DNA of 64,000 nucleotides from an uncultured Oscillospiraceae bacterium (GTDB lineage: Bacteria; Bacillota; Clostridia; UMGS1883). Position numbers and translations under genes: made by a program. Under the pieces are notes generated by a model that had not been told where the DNA came from, made no database searches, and worked only from the letters and a program-made list of their open reading frames with translations. This document shows positions 39,238-49,134 of the stretch, one piece after another. The stretch's first letter is position 1. The number at the start of each line of letters is the position of its first letter. The stretch is from positions 5,044-69,043 of the forward strand of contig CAZNIC010000006.1 in assembly GCA_964572985.1 (NCBI GenBank), read 5' to 3'.

Positions 39238-40479
39238 TCAGTCAATAAGAGCACTTGCAGCAAGCATTACAGCAATTTTTCCGCTTTCGTATGTCAGACC
39301 ACCTTGAAGGTATCCTACGTACGGAGGTTTTATCGGAGCATCTGCGCTGATTTCAATGCTTGCACCCGATACAAATGTTCCTGCAGCCATAATAACCTGG
39401 TGATTGTATCCGGGCATATCCCATGGTTCAGGTGTAACAAAGCTGTCTACCGGTGATGCCGCCTGGATTGCTTTGCAGAATTTTATAAGCTTATCTGCAT
39501 CATTAAACTTAATAGACTGAATTATATCGCATCTCTTCCCCGTGGATGTGGGATTTACCTCAAAGCCGAGTTTTTCCATCATTGCACCGCAAAAAACAGC
39601 AGTTTTAACAGCTTGGGAAACAATATGAGGTGCCATAAAAAAGCCTTGTAACATATGACGGTTTTGACCAAGCGTTGCACCGCATTCTTTGCCTATACCG
39701 GGGCTCGTCTGTCTGTATGCTGCCAGCTCAACACATTCTTTGCTTCCCGCAATGTATCCGCCGGATTGTGCAAGTCCGCCACCAACGTTTTTTATGAGCG
39801 AACCTACAATCATATCTGCACCGTAATTGCTTGGTTCTTCACGTTCGACAAATTCACCATAGCAATTATCAACCATGCAGATAGTGTCAGGTTTTATTGA
39901 CTTAATGAACGATACAATCTCCCCGATTTCTTTTGCGGACAGCGTGTCACGCCAATCATAACCTTTACTTCGCTGAATAATACAGCATTTTACATCACTC
40001 GTAAGCTCTTTTTTTATGTTATCGAAATCGGGTTTGTTGTCTTTTAAATCTACCTGACGGTAGCTAACTCCAAATTCTTTCAGACTGCCGCCTTTTCCGT
40101 CTCCGGAAATACCGATGGCTTCCTCAAGTGTATCATATGGTTTGCCTGTTACTGCAAGAAGCGTATCACCGGGACGGAGTACTGCAAAAAGTGCAATGCT
40201 TAACGCATGAGTGCCATTGACAATGTTATGCCGTACAAGTGCATCTTCTGTGCCAAAAGTATCGGCATAAATCTGATCAAGCACCTCTCTTCCGATATCG
40301 TTATAACCATAGCCTGTAGAATGATTAAAATGAGAATCACTTACGCGGTTTTTTATAAAAGCATTCAGTACTTTTTCCTGATTGTACTGTGCAATATTTT
40401 CAATTTCCTTAAACTGAGGCGCTATTTCCTCTTCTACTTCTTTAGCTAATTTAATAATTCTTTCGTCAATTTTGAGCAT
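39238..40479 (-). CDS. PLP-dependent methionine-gamma-lyase-family protein (YnbB / 'aluminium resistance protein' family)
   Basis: N-terminal 'IAQYNQEKVLNAF...SDSHF..STGYGYND.GRE' is typical of the YnbB family (PF06838). Confidence 0.7.
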   Translation of the reverse strand: MLKIDERIIKLAKEVEEEIAPQFKEIENIAQYNQEKVLNAFIKNRVSDSHFNHSTGYGYNDIGREVLDQIYADTFGTEDALVRHNIVNGTHALSIALFAVLRPGDTLLAVTGKPYDTLEEAIGISGDGKGGSLKEFGVSYRQVDLKDNKPDFDNIKKELTSDVKCCIIQRSKGYDWRDTLSAKEIGEIVSFIKSIKPDTICMVDNCYGEFVEREEPSNYGADMIVGSLIKNVGGGLAQSGGYIAGSKECVELAAYRQTSPGIGKECGATLGQNRHMLQGFFMAPHIVSQAVKTAVFCGAMMEKLGFEVNPTSTGKRCDIIQSIKFNDADKLIKFCKAIQAASPVDSFVTPEPWDMPGYNHQVIMAAGTFVSGASIEISADAPIKPPYVGYLQGGLTYESGKIAVMLAASALID

Positions 40480-40504
40480 AAATAAGACCTTCTTTTACAA
40501 GAAA

Positions 40505-40535
40505 TGGTCTGTCTCATTTACATGAGACAGACCAA
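40505..40535 (-). terminator. Hairpin terminator after the decarboxylase operon
   Basis: 'GGTCTGTCTCATTTACATGAGACAGACC': an 11-bp perfect stem, with a T-rich tract following on the minus strand. Confidence 0.55.
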
Positions 40536-40547
40536 ACCTATTAATTT

Positions 40548-41945
40548 TTATATGGGATGAGTTTTTTCTTCTGTATTTGCAAGGTTTGGATCGATTTTAT
40601 ATTTCTGACCCTGACGATACTTAAAGTATTTTGTTGCAACCTGATCAAAGAGTGCATATGAAAGCACGTCTTCATCCTGTTCAATATATTCTGCAATTTC
40701 ACCTCTGAACTTATCAAGCTCATTAGGAATCTGGTCTGCAGGTCTGCATTTGATAACTTCTTCGTCACCTATAATCTTTTTTCTGAATTCATCAGAAATA
40801 GGTGCAGGTGTCTGACCATATTCACCGCGTACCATAGCGCGGAATTCTTTGGTTGTCATCTTATATCTCTCACCCATTATTACGTTAAGTACAGCCTGTG
40901 TACCAACAATCTGGCTTGTGGGTGTTACAAGAGGCGGATAACCTGCATCGGCACGAACTCTGGGAACTTCATTAAGAACTTCCTCATATTTGTCTTCCTT
41001 ACCCTGCTGCTTAAGCTGAGAAATAAGGTTGGAAAGCATGCCACCGGGAACCTGATATTTAAGAGTATTAGCATCTACGCTGAGTGCTTTGGGGTCAAGA
41101 AGACCACTCTTGATATATTCTTCGCGAAGAGGACGGAAATAGTCAGCAATTTCGGAAAGAAGATTCAAGTCATAGCCGGTATCATACTGAGTGCCTTTAA
41201 GTGTCGCAACCAAGGATTCTGTCGGAGGCTGGCTTGTACCGAGAGACATTGGGCTCATAGCACAGTCAACAACGTCAATACCTGCTTCAATTGCCTTAAG
41301 ATACGTCATAGATGCTACGCCACTTGTATAATGTGTGTGGAGCTGAATCGGAATTTTAACAGCCTGTTTCATTCCTGATACAAGGTCATATGCAACATAA
41401 GGCGTAAGAAGACCTGCCATATCCTTGATACAGATACTGTTCGCACCCATATCTTCCAGCTGTTTTGCAAGCTTGATAAAGGATTCATTTGTGTGGAAAT
41501 CGCTTAAAGTGTAGCTGATTGCCGCCTGAACATGGCCTTTTTCTTTGATTGTGGCATTAATAGCTGTTTCAAAGTTTCTTACGTCGTTAAGAGCGTCAAA
41601 AATTCTTAAGATGTCAATACCGTTTGCAATAGATTTCTGAACAAAGTATTCAACAACATCGTCTGCATAATGACGATAGCCCAAGATATTCTGTCCGCGG
41701 AAAAGCATCTGTAAAGGAGTGTTTTTAGCCTTGTCCTTTATCTTTCTGAGTCTTTCCCAAGGATCCTCGTTAAGGAAACGGAGACAAGAGTCAAAGGTTG
41801 CTCCTCCCCACGCTTCCAAGGAATGATAACCAACTTTATCGAGTTTTTCTACAATACCCAAGATCTGCTCTGTTGTCATTCTTGTTGCAATAAGTGACTG
41901 ATGAGCATCACGGAGGACTGTTTCTGTAATTTTAACCATTTTCAT
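40548..41945 (-). CDS. Carboxyltransferase 5S-type subunit (oxaloacetate decarboxylase alpha / pyruvate carboxylase subunit B homolog lacking a biotinyl domain)
   Basis: 'ITETVLRDAHQSL' N-terminus and TIM-barrel HMGL-like domain. It is 465 aa with no C-terminal 'AMKM' lipoyl/biotinyl domain. Confidence 0.8.
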   Translation of the reverse strand: MKMVKITETVLRDAHQSLIATRMTTEQILGIVEKLDKVGYHSLEAWGGATFDSCLRFLNEDPWERLRKIKDKAKNTPLQMLFRGQNILGYRHYADDVVEYFVQKSIANGIDILRIFDALNDVRNFETAINATIKEKGHVQAAISYTLSDFHTNESFIKLAKQLEDMGANSICIKDMAGLLTPYVAYDLVSGMKQAVKIPIQLHTHYTSGVASMTYLKAIEAGIDVVDCAMSPMSLGTSQPPTESLVATLKGTQYDTGYDLNLLSEIADYFRPLREEYIKSGLLDPKALSVDANTLKYQVPGGMLSNLISQLKQQGKEDKYEEVLNEVPRVRADAGYPPLVTPTSQIVGTQAVLNVIMGERYKMTTKEFRAMVRGEYGQTPAPISDEFRKKIIGDEEVIKCRPADQIPNELDKFRGEIAEYIEQDEDVLSYALFDQVATKYFKYRQGQKYKIDPNLANTEEKTHPI

Positions 41946-41956
41946 TTACCTCCTAA

Positions 41957-43225
41957 TCAAATACCTGTAAAGTTCGCAAGGAATACACCGGCTGCAACAG
42001 CACTACCGATAACACCTGCAACATTGGGACCCATAGCGTGCATAAGAAGGAAGTTTGAAGGATTTTCTTCCTGTCCTACTACCTGGCTCATTCTTGCTGC
42101 CATAGGTACTGCACTTACGCCCGCAGAGCCAATAAGAGGATTAATCTTACCGCCTGTAAGCTTACACATCAACTTCGCAAGAAGCAAACCACCAATTGTA
42201 CTAACGCTGAAAGCTGCAAGACCAAGGCAAATAATAAGCACCGTCTTGGGAGTAAGGAATGTGTCTGCTGTTGCCGTAGCGCCTACGGTAATACCGAGGA
42301 AAATTGTGATAATATTCATGAGCTCATTCTGTGCAGTCTTGCAAAGACGCTCTGCAACGCCGGATTCCTTGATGAGATTACCGAGCATAAGTGTACCTAC
42401 TAAGCTCGCAGAATCAGGAACCAGCAAAATAACGATAAGAGCAACTGCAATGGGGAAAATGATTTTTTCCTTCTGTGTTACGGGACGAAGCTGTTCCATA
42501 ACAATTTGTCTTTCCTTCTTTGTTGTCATCGCCTTCATTATAGGAGGCTGAATAAGCGGAATAAGAGCCATATAGCTGTATGCAGCAATAGCTATAGCTG
42601 AGAGTAATCCGGGAGCAAGGGTCTTTGTAACAAAGATTGCCGTAGGACCGTCTGCACCACCGATAATACCGATTGATGCAGCTTCTTTGAAAATTGTAGC
42701 AACGTTACCGTCAGCGCCAAAACCAAAGAGACCGAACGCGCCCAGTAACACCGCGCAGAAAAACGTAATAAATACACCCAGCTGTGCTGCCGCACCTAAA
42801 AGAATACTCTTAGGGTTGGAAATAAGAGGACCGAAGTCCGTCATACATCCAATACCAAGGAAAATGAGCGGAGGATAAATACCGAGTTTTACACCTAAAT
42901 ACAAAAGGTCTAAAAGACCGCCTTTATTTAAAATAAGGCTGAAATTAAGTTTGCCTCCCTCAAGAAGGTATTCAGGGTCAATAAAGTATTCGGGATGCAT
43001 AACACCACCTAAAGGAAGGTTTGCCAAAAGCATACCGAACGCTATGGGTAAAAGCAAAAGCGGTTCAAACTTTTTCACTATTGCTAAATACAAAAGTACA
43101 CACGCAATAAGAAGCATAACGAGTGTTTTCCAACCGCCATCTGCAAATTTCATCGCTATTTCAGCGACACCGGTTTTCATAGCAAAACTGCTCAAACCGT
43201 CAGCTAACATTTCGAACATTTGCAT
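41957..43225 (-). CDS. Na+-translocating decarboxylase beta subunit (OadB/MmdB/GcdB family)
   Basis: A 422-aa polytopic membrane protein with 'GIIGGADGPT' and the C-terminal hydrophobic core typical of OadB. Confidence 0.85.
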   Translation of the reverse strand: MQMFEMLADGLSSFAMKTGVAEIAMKFADGGWKTLVMLLIACVLLYLAIVKKFEPLLLLPIAFGMLLANLPLGGVMHPEYFIDPEYLLEGGKLNFSLILNKGGLLDLLYLGVKLGIYPPLIFLGIGCMTDFGPLISNPKSILLGAAAQLGVFITFFCAVLLGAFGLFGFGADGNVATIFKEAASIGIIGGADGPTAIFVTKTLAPGLLSAIAIAAYSYMALIPLIQPPIMKAMTTKKERQIVMEQLRPVTQKEKIIFPIAVALIVILLVPDSASLVGTLMLGNLIKESGVAERLCKTAQNELMNIITIFLGITVGATATADTFLTPKTVLIICLGLAAFSVSTIGGLLLAKLMCKLTGGKINPLIGSAGVSAVPMAARMSQVVGQEENPSNFLLMHAMGPNVAGVIGSAVAAGVFLANFTGI

Positions 43226-43256
43226 TTGTGTTCACACTCCAATCTGCGTTAATATA

Positions 43257-43616
43257 TTAGGCAATAGTAACTAAAACGTCGCCTGTATTAACACTGGAGC
43301 CCTTAGATGTAACAACAGTAACTGTACCTGCCTTGGGAGCCTTGATATCATTTTCCATCTTCATTGCTTCCAAAACTACAAGAACATCACCTTCGTTAAC
43401 CTTTGCACCGTTAGACACTTTAATATCAAGCACTGTACCGGGCATGGGAGCCTTTACGGGATCGCCCTTGCCTGCAGGAGCAGCAGCTTTTGCAGGGGCA
43501 GCCGCCTGAGCAGATACTGCCGCAACGGGTGCCGCAGGAGCAGAAACAGCACCGCCTACTTCTTCAACCTCAACTTCATATGAATTACCGTTTACGTTTA
43601 TGATAAATTTTCTCAT
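43257..43616 (-). CDS. Biotin carboxyl carrier protein (1.3S / MmdC-like)
   Basis: Ala/Pro-rich linker followed by biotinylation motif 'LEAMKMEN'. Confidence 0.88.
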   Translation of the reverse strand: MRKFIINVNGNSYEVEVEEVGGAVSAPAAPVAAVSAQAAAPAKAAAPAGKGDPVKAPMPGTVLDIKVSNGAKVNEGDVLVVLEAMKMENDIKAPKAGTVTVVTSKGSSVNTGDVLVTIA

Positions 43617-43630
43617 CTTATTTATCCTCC

Positions 43631-44023
43631 TTAAAATCTGTTATCAAGTACTTCGCGCTTGGCGGCGTTGCCCCATGCGGAAGATACTTTCTTGTAGCTT
43701 CTGATGTTTACGCTTGCACTGCTTGTGCCCATACATGCGGCAACTGCTGCTGTAAGGACTGCGATAAGTTCATTGTCATCAACAGCAGGCTCATCAGTCT
43801 GAACAATAGAATCCTCTATGTTTTTGTCAACAAGGCTCGTCTGTGAATTTGCTTTTTTAGACTGTTTTTCCTTCTTAGGTTTATTGCCCGAGAAAAGGCT
43901 CATTGCCTGAATTGTAAGCATGATAAGTATCAAAATCGCAAATACAACCAACATACCTTCAATTGTAATAACTACACCGTAAGAGATAATCTCACCGGGA
44001 GTTTTAAGATCATATATATTCAT
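43631..44023 (-). CDS. Decarboxylase small membrane subunit (OadG/MmdD-like)
   Basis: N-terminal TM, a charged linker, and C-terminal '[12 protein letters not shown]', the OadG-family signature. Confidence 0.7.
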   Translation of the reverse strand: MNIYDLKTPGEIISYGVVITIEGMLVVFAILILIMLTIQAMSLFSGNKPKKEKQSKKANSQTSLVDKNIEDSIVQTDEPAVDDNELIAVLTAAVAACMGTSSASVNIRSYKKVSSAWGNAAKREVLDNRF

Positions 44024-44038
44024 ACAAGCACCCCTCTA

Positions 44039-45526
44039 TCAAAGCGGCATGTTGTCGTGCTTACGTGAAGGAGCACCTACGCGCTTGCTTCTGAGCATTT
44101 CAAATGCTGCAATAACTCTGGGACGAGTTTCGCCGGGGATAATAATATCGTCAACATAACCCATAGCTGCTGCATTATAGGGTGATGCAACAGTTTCTTT
44201 ATATTCTTCAACAAGTGTCTCTCTGCTCTCGCCCGCTTTAAGACGTTCAGAGAACATAACACCAACACCTGCTTCGGGTGCAATTGCTGCAATACATGCT
44301 GTGGGGAAAGCAAGCACGATATCAGCACCGGTCTGCTTCGAGTTCATAGCTGCATAAGCACCACCATATGCTTTCTTAACTATAACATTTACCTTGGGTA
44401 CAGTAGCTTCAGTAAACGCGTACAAAAGTCTTGCGCTCTTTCTTGCCAGACCCCAGTTTTCCTCATCTGCGCTTACCTTAAAGCCTTCAACATCTGTAAA
44501 AGTAAGTATTGCAATGTTAAAAGCATCACAAAAACGCACAAATCTTGCCATCTTTTCAATAGCTTGTCCGCTGAGAGTACCGCCTTCTTCATTGCCCTGA
44601 TTTGCAACAACGCCAACAGTTACACCGTTAAGTCTTATAAAGCCTGTAACTGCGCCTCGTGCATAATTAATATGGCTTTCCATGAAAGCACCATCATCGG
44701 CAACTGCCGCGATAAGGCTTCTTACATCATATTCGCCATCAACACCCATGAAGCTGTCGCTCATACGGTTAAGGTCATCCATACAATCAAACTCAGGAGC
44801 ATCACAAAGATTGTTAGAAGGAAGATAACTCAAAAGAAGCTTTACTGTTTCAAGCGCCAATGTATCATCTTTTGCAATAAAATGAGCATTGCCGGAAACT
44901 GTTGCACATGCTTTTGCGTCAGCACTGTAAGCCTTGTTTGTTGTTGCAGTAACAACAGAGGGCGAATTAACAAAAAGCTCTGCTTTTTCGCTCATAACAA
45001 CAAAATCACTCATTTCGGCAACAATGGCACTTGACGCCGCACATGTGCCGAGTACTGCACAAATTGTGGGTACAACACCCGATACGCGAGATACAGCCGC
45101 AAGAATTTCGCCTACTGCCGCCTGTGCAATAACGCCTTCTTCCAATCTTGCGCCGTTGCTGTCAAGCATAGCAATAACGGGAGCACCCATTTTGGCAGCC
45201 ATTTCGTAAACCTTACAAATCTTTTTTGCGTGCATTTCACCCACACACCCACCAATTACAGTAGGATCCTGTGCATAAGCAAAAGTAAGCCTACCGTCAA
45301 CAGTGCCGTAACCTGTTACAACGCCGTCAGCAGCAGTATCTTTTCCTCGAGCTGAAACAAAAGCATCAAGTTCAATAAAACTGCCCTCATCAAAGAGATT
45401 ATTCATTCTCTCGCCTGCAAGCATTTTTCCCGAACTCTTTACTTTGCTCTGCATATCTGCGCCACCGCCAAGCGATACAGTCTGCCTTGCCGCGTTGCGC
45501 ATAGCAAGCTTTTCATCCATGCTCAT
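44039..45526 (-). CDS. Acyl-CoA carboxyltransferase 12S-type subunit (methylmalonyl-CoA decarboxylase alpha / propionyl-CoA carboxylase beta family)
   Basis: Two crotonase-like CT domains: 'DGVVTGYGTVDGR', 'GGCVGEMHAKKICKV' and 'GGAYAAM'. Confidence 0.88.
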   Translation of the reverse strand: MSMDEKLAMRNAARQTVSLGGGADMQSKVKSSGKMLAGERMNNLFDEGSFIELDAFVSARGKDTAADGVVTGYGTVDGRLTFAYAQDPTVIGGCVGEMHAKKICKVYEMAAKMGAPVIAMLDSNGARLEEGVIAQAAVGEILAAVSRVSGVVPTICAVLGTCAASSAIVAEMSDFVVMSEKAELFVNSPSVVTATTNKAYSADAKACATVSGNAHFIAKDDTLALETVKLLLSYLPSNNLCDAPEFDCMDDLNRMSDSFMGVDGEYDVRSLIAAVADDGAFMESHINYARGAVTGFIRLNGVTVGVVANQGNEEGGTLSGQAIEKMARFVRFCDAFNIAILTFTDVEGFKVSADEENWGLARKSARLLYAFTEATVPKVNVIVKKAYGGAYAAMNSKQTGADIVLAFPTACIAAIAPEAGVGVMFSERLKAGESRETLVEEYKETVASPYNAAAMGYVDDIIIPGETRPRVIAAFEMLRSKRVGAPSRKHDNMPL

Positions 45527-45591
45527 TTTCTATACCTCCCAGTTTAATAAAAAATATTTTCTATAATAAATTAACGGTTCAACCGTTATTA

Positions 45592-46332
45592 TTATCGAGT
45601 TTTAGCAGACGTTTTCTTTTTACTGCTTTTTCCCATGAGCTTTTGACGCTCAGCATCATTAAGATGACGCCATTTCCCCTCGGGCAGATTGCCAAGTGTA
45701 ACATTACCTACCGAGATACGCTTAAGCGATACCACCGTAGCACCAATGGCTTCAAACATCCTTCTAACCTGACGATTCCTGCCCTCATGAATAGTAACCT
45801 TTATTTCACAACCATGTTTTGTCGGCTTCAAAACTTCTACCTTTGCAGGCGCAGTAACTTTGCCGTCAAGCATCACACCGTTACGAAGCATATTCAGACT
45901 TTCGCTATCGGGAAGATTGTTGAGCTGTGCAATATATGCTTTGTTAACAGCATGCCTCGGATGTGTGAGAACATTTGCAAAATCTCCGTCATTTGTCATA
46001 ATAAGGAGTCCGGCAGTATCATAGTCCAGTCTGCCTACGGGATATATCCTTGCATGTACGTCGCGAACAAGCTCCATCACCGTAGGACGGTCAAATTCAT
46101 CGCTTACAGTAGTTACGTATCCCTTGGGCTTATTGAGTAATATATAATACTTTTTACTCTCGGGCTGTATTTTTATGCCGTCAACTTCTACAATATCGCT
46201 GTCGGGATCTACCTCGCAGCCCATATAATCAACAACATCTCCGTTAACTGTTACACGCCCACGACTTATTATTTCTTCGCTGGCACGTCTTGACGCAACA
46301 CCGCACTGTGCCATAAATTTTTGTAATCTCAT
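45592..46332 (-). CDS. rluB: rRNA pseudouridine synthase (RsuA/RluB family, S4 domain plus catalytic domain)
   Basis: 'RLQKFMAQCGVASRR' S4 motif and 'YPVGRLDYDTAGLLIMTNDG' catalytic Asp motif. Confidence 0.88.
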   Translation of the reverse strand: MRLQKFMAQCGVASRRASEEIISRGRVTVNGDVVDYMGCEVDPDSDIVEVDGIKIQPESKKYYILLNKPKGYVTTVSDEFDRPTVMELVRDVHARIYPVGRLDYDTAGLLIMTNDGDFANVLTHPRHAVNKAYIAQLNNLPDSESLNMLRNGVMLDGKVTAPAKVEVLKPTKHGCEIKVTIHEGRNRQVRRMFEAIGATVVSLKRISVGNVTLGNLPEGKWRHLNDAERQKLMGKSSKKKTSAKTR

Positions 46333-47447
46333 TGCATTATTAATCCTTTCAACAGTTTGATTAATATCGAAACCAAGTTTTTCTGTATAACGGCGTCATT
46401 CGCCGCAAGAATATCAACATTACCTATACAACTGCCCGAAAAATATATTTCACAAACACCTATAGTCTGACCTTTTTTGACCGGATAAGTAATATTAAGT
46501 TTATTTTTCAATTCTATATTATCTGTTTCATCATTTGCAACAGAAACAGTAAAATCATCACCGTAAACAAGTCCTACGCTTTCTGCATCTTTGTTATCGG
46601 CAACGTATAAACCGGCACTATCACCTTTTTTACACGCTGTAAAGGCGGTATACTTGTCAAAGCAATGCTCGTATAGCTTGATATGGTCATTCCAGTCATC
46701 CGGAGCTGATAACGTAACGGCAATAAGCAATTGCCCGTCTTTTTCCGCTGCAGAAACAAGACATCTTCCTGCTTTTTTAGTATAGCCGGTTTTTACGCCG
46801 ATAGTATAGTCATACATATTCAAAAGCTTATTGTGATTTGTGAGGCTTCTGTCCCATTGTGAACTTTCCCACGAAATTGTCTTTGCTTTTGTTGAGCATA
46901 TGGTCTTAAACAAAGAGTTGTGTATAGCATTTGCGCTTATCAGTGCCAAATCATATGCCGTTGTATAGTGACTGTCATCAGGCAAACCGTGAGGATTTGT
47001 AAAGTTAGTATTTAAAGCACCGATTTCATTGGCTCGTTTATTCATCAGGACGGTAAACGCTTCAACACTCCCGGCTGTATGTTCCGCCAAAGCCGTTGCG
47101 GCGTCGTTGCCGCTTGACAGCATCAGTCCGTAAAGCAAGTCTTCCACTGTCATATGTTCCCCGGGCGAAAGCCAGATTGACGACCCTTCGGTGCTTGCCG
47201 CAAAAGGACTGACAGTTACAACGTCATCAAGCTTAAGCTCCTCGATTGCAACAAGAGCAGTCATGATTTTTGTTGTGCTTGCCATTGCACGTTTTGAGTA
47301 CGCATTTTTTTCAAAAAGAATTCGTTTTGAATACGCGTCTATTACTATAGCGCTTTCGGCAGAAACTTCTACCTCTGCGCTTGCTCTTATCGGACAAAAC
47401 AACAAAATACCAATTACAAATATCGTCTTAAAATACTTATTCATCAA
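46329..47447 (-). CDS. dacB: D-alanyl-D-alanine carboxypeptidase (S11 peptidase, DacB/DacF-like)
   Basis: Signal peptide, 'ASTTKIMTA' (SxxK), 'SGN' and 'KTG' motifs. Confidence 0.85.
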   Translation of the reverse strand: MMNKYFKTIFVIGILLFCPIRASAEVEVSAESAIVIDAYSKRILFEKNAYSKRAMASTTKIMTALVAIEELKLDDVVTVSPFAASTEGSSIWLSPGEHMTVEDLLYGLMLSSGNDAATALAEHTAGSVEAFTVLMNKRANEIGALNTNFTNPHGLPDDSHYTTAYDLALISANAIHNSLFKTICSTKAKTISWESSQWDRSLTNHNKLLNMYDYTIGVKTGYTKKAGRCLVSAAEKDGQLLIAVTLSAPDDWNDHIKLYEHCFDKYTAFTACKKGDSAGLYVADNKDAESVGLVYGDDFTVSVANDETDNIELKNKLNITYPVKKGQTIGVCEIYFSGSCIGNVDILAANDAVIQKNLVSILIKLLKGLIMQ

Positions 47448-47556
47448 CCCACCGCCTTAGGATATAACTATGTATGTTCGGCTTTTTTGATGAATAAAAC
47501 CTAAAACTTTAACCAAGATATATTATAGCACAAAGCTCTTTCCATTTCAATCAAAT

Positions 47557-47600
47557 TTTTGCAAAAAAAGAAAAAGTCACCTCTTTTTTTCGAGGTGACT
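47557..47600 (-). terminator. Rho-independent terminator downstream of ytfJ
   Basis: Minus-strand 'GTCACCTCGAAAAAAAGAGGTGAC' followed by 'TTTTTCTTTTTTTGC'. Confidence 0.75.
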
Positions 47601-47606
47601 TAAATC

Positions 47607-47999
47607 TTATTCTTCGTCTTTAGAATCTTTGTGTTTTTCGATCATGCTGTTTACTTTGCTGATTGCTGTAGGAATATAATCAACAAGCTTGTCAACAGCA
47701 GAATTTGTGCTTGTGACGGGAATCATTCTTATCTGATCCTTGCTCACAACCAAAAAACCGACAGGCGCAATTGATACGCCTGCACCGCTACCGCCTCCGA
47801 AATGAGGATCTGCTGCGGGTGCTGATGCTGAAAAATCACTGCCGCCTGCTGCAAAACCAAAACCAACTTTAGAAACAGGTATAATTGTCGTTCCGTCAGC
47901 TGTTTCAACAGGACTGCCTACGATAGTGTTCACGTCCACCATCTGCTTAAGGTTCCCCATTACGTTTGTCATAAGTTCATTGATGGGATGTGTACTCAT
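47607..47999 (-). CDS. ytfJ: Sporulation protein YtfJ (GerW family)
   Basis: 'GFGFAAGGSDF...GGGSGAGVSIAPVGFLVV' Gly-rich core typical of YtfJ. Confidence 0.8.
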   Translation of the reverse strand: MSTHPINELMTNVMGNLKQMVDVNTIVGSPVETADGTTIIPVSKVGFGFAAGGSDFSASAPAADPHFGGGSGAGVSIAPVGFLVVSKDQIRMIPVTSTNSAVDKLVDYIPTAISKVNSMIEKHKDSKDEE

Positions 48000-48580
48000 T
48001 TTGACTTCCTCCTTTTTTGACTTTTATATTTAAAAAATTTATATGCAAATATAATTGCCGTAGGTATAATATGTGCAAGGGTTGTTTGGATTATTCCCGT
48101 TGCTGTTATTGCAAATGTGGCCTCGTTAAAAATCGGCTTAATATTCACCTCGGGGTTATCAACCTTCATAAGCTTATCTACAAGTCCGAGCAGATTGTAT
48201 ACCAAAGTATACAAAAGACCCGTCGTTACCGCGGTAGATGCGGCATCCGCCGTACCGAAAGTAAGATTAAGCTTGAAATCGGAAAGCGAAAAACCTTTTC
48301 TTACAAAGCGCCTGAAATCTCCCAGTAGTGAAAGAACAAAATCAAGACCAACTATACTTTTTTCGATTTCATCCTCGGGCTTTTTTTGTTTTTCGGTTGC
48401 TTTATTCTTCTTTTGTTTTTTTTCACCAATCAATTTATTGATTGGAATATCAAAGGAGAATAAAGCAATTTTAACAATAACAAAGGCACCGTTTTCATAC
48501 TTAGCACCAACACCAAGAGGTATAAACAATAGAAAAATTAAGAATACAAGAATTATTCCCGCAATTACAAGAAAGGTCAA
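47996..48580 (-). CDS. ytfI: DUF2953 (YtfI-like) membrane protein
   Basis: N-terminal TM, K-rich region, and position immediately upstream of and overlapping ytfJ, as in B. subtilis ytfI-ytfJ. Confidence 0.65.
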   Translation of the reverse strand: MTFLVIAGIILVFLIFLLFIPLGVGAKYENGAFVIVKIALFSFDIPINKLIGEKKQKKNKATEKQKKPEDEIEKSIVGLDFVLSLLGDFRRFVRKGFSLSDFKLNLTFGTADAASTAVTTGLLYTLVYNLLGLVDKLMKVDNPEVNIKPIFNEATFAITATGIIQTTLAHIIPTAIIFAYKFFKYKSQKRRKSK

Positions 48581-49134
48581 TTTGCCTCCTCCTTAATTTC
48601 GTTAGATTCATCCTCTCCTATTCCCTTTTCGGGAAGCGGTGGTAAATCTTCCAGTGTTTTCAACCCAAAAGTACGTAAAAATTCCATTGTTGTTCCATAC
48701 AAGATAGGTCTGCCCGGTGTTTCGGCACGTCCGAGTTCATCAATAAGACCACGTTCAATTAATCTGTTAACAGAATACGATGAGTCAACACCTCTGATAA
48801 ACTCTACAGTACCTTTTGTGACAGGCTGATTGTATGCAATAATTGACAATGTTTCAATCGCCGAACTGGATAACCCTGCTTGCTTTTTAATCTGACTTAC
48901 TTTTTTTATGTAATCATAACACGCAGGATTGGAAGAAAGCTGATAACAGTCAGCAATTTCAATCAGCCTTATACCTGACTGATTGTCGCGATATTTTTCA
49001 GAAAGAAGCGTTGCGCCTTTTCTGACGTCATCTTCACTTATCTCAAGGCTTGCCGCCATGTCCGAAATTTCAACAGCGTCTCCGATTGCAAATAGTATTG
49101 CCTCAATCGTCTGAGCTACTTGATTCATATCCAT
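48577..49134 (-). CDS. scpB: Segregation and condensation protein B
   Basis: 'AIEAILFAIGDAV' and 'GLIDELGRAETPGRPILYGTT' winged-helix motifs. Start assigned to 'MDMNQ'; the ORF track starts further upstream inside scpA. Confidence 0.85.
   Translation of the reverse strand: MDMNQVAQTIEAILFAIGDAVEISDMAASLEISEDDVRKGATLLSEKYRDNQSGIRLIEIADCYQLSSNPACYDYIKKVSQIKKQAGLSSSAIETLSIIAYNQPVTKGTVEFIRGVDSSYSVNRLIERGLIDELGRAETPGRPILYGTTMEFLRTFGLKTLEDLPPLPEKGIGEDESNEIKEEAN

Noticed and set aside
41901-42551. 216-aa plus-strand ORF; also 44564..45034 (+, 156 aa) and 44934..45209 (+)
   Set aside because: Antisense to the oadB-like and 12S carboxyltransferase genes, which carry strong family motifs.
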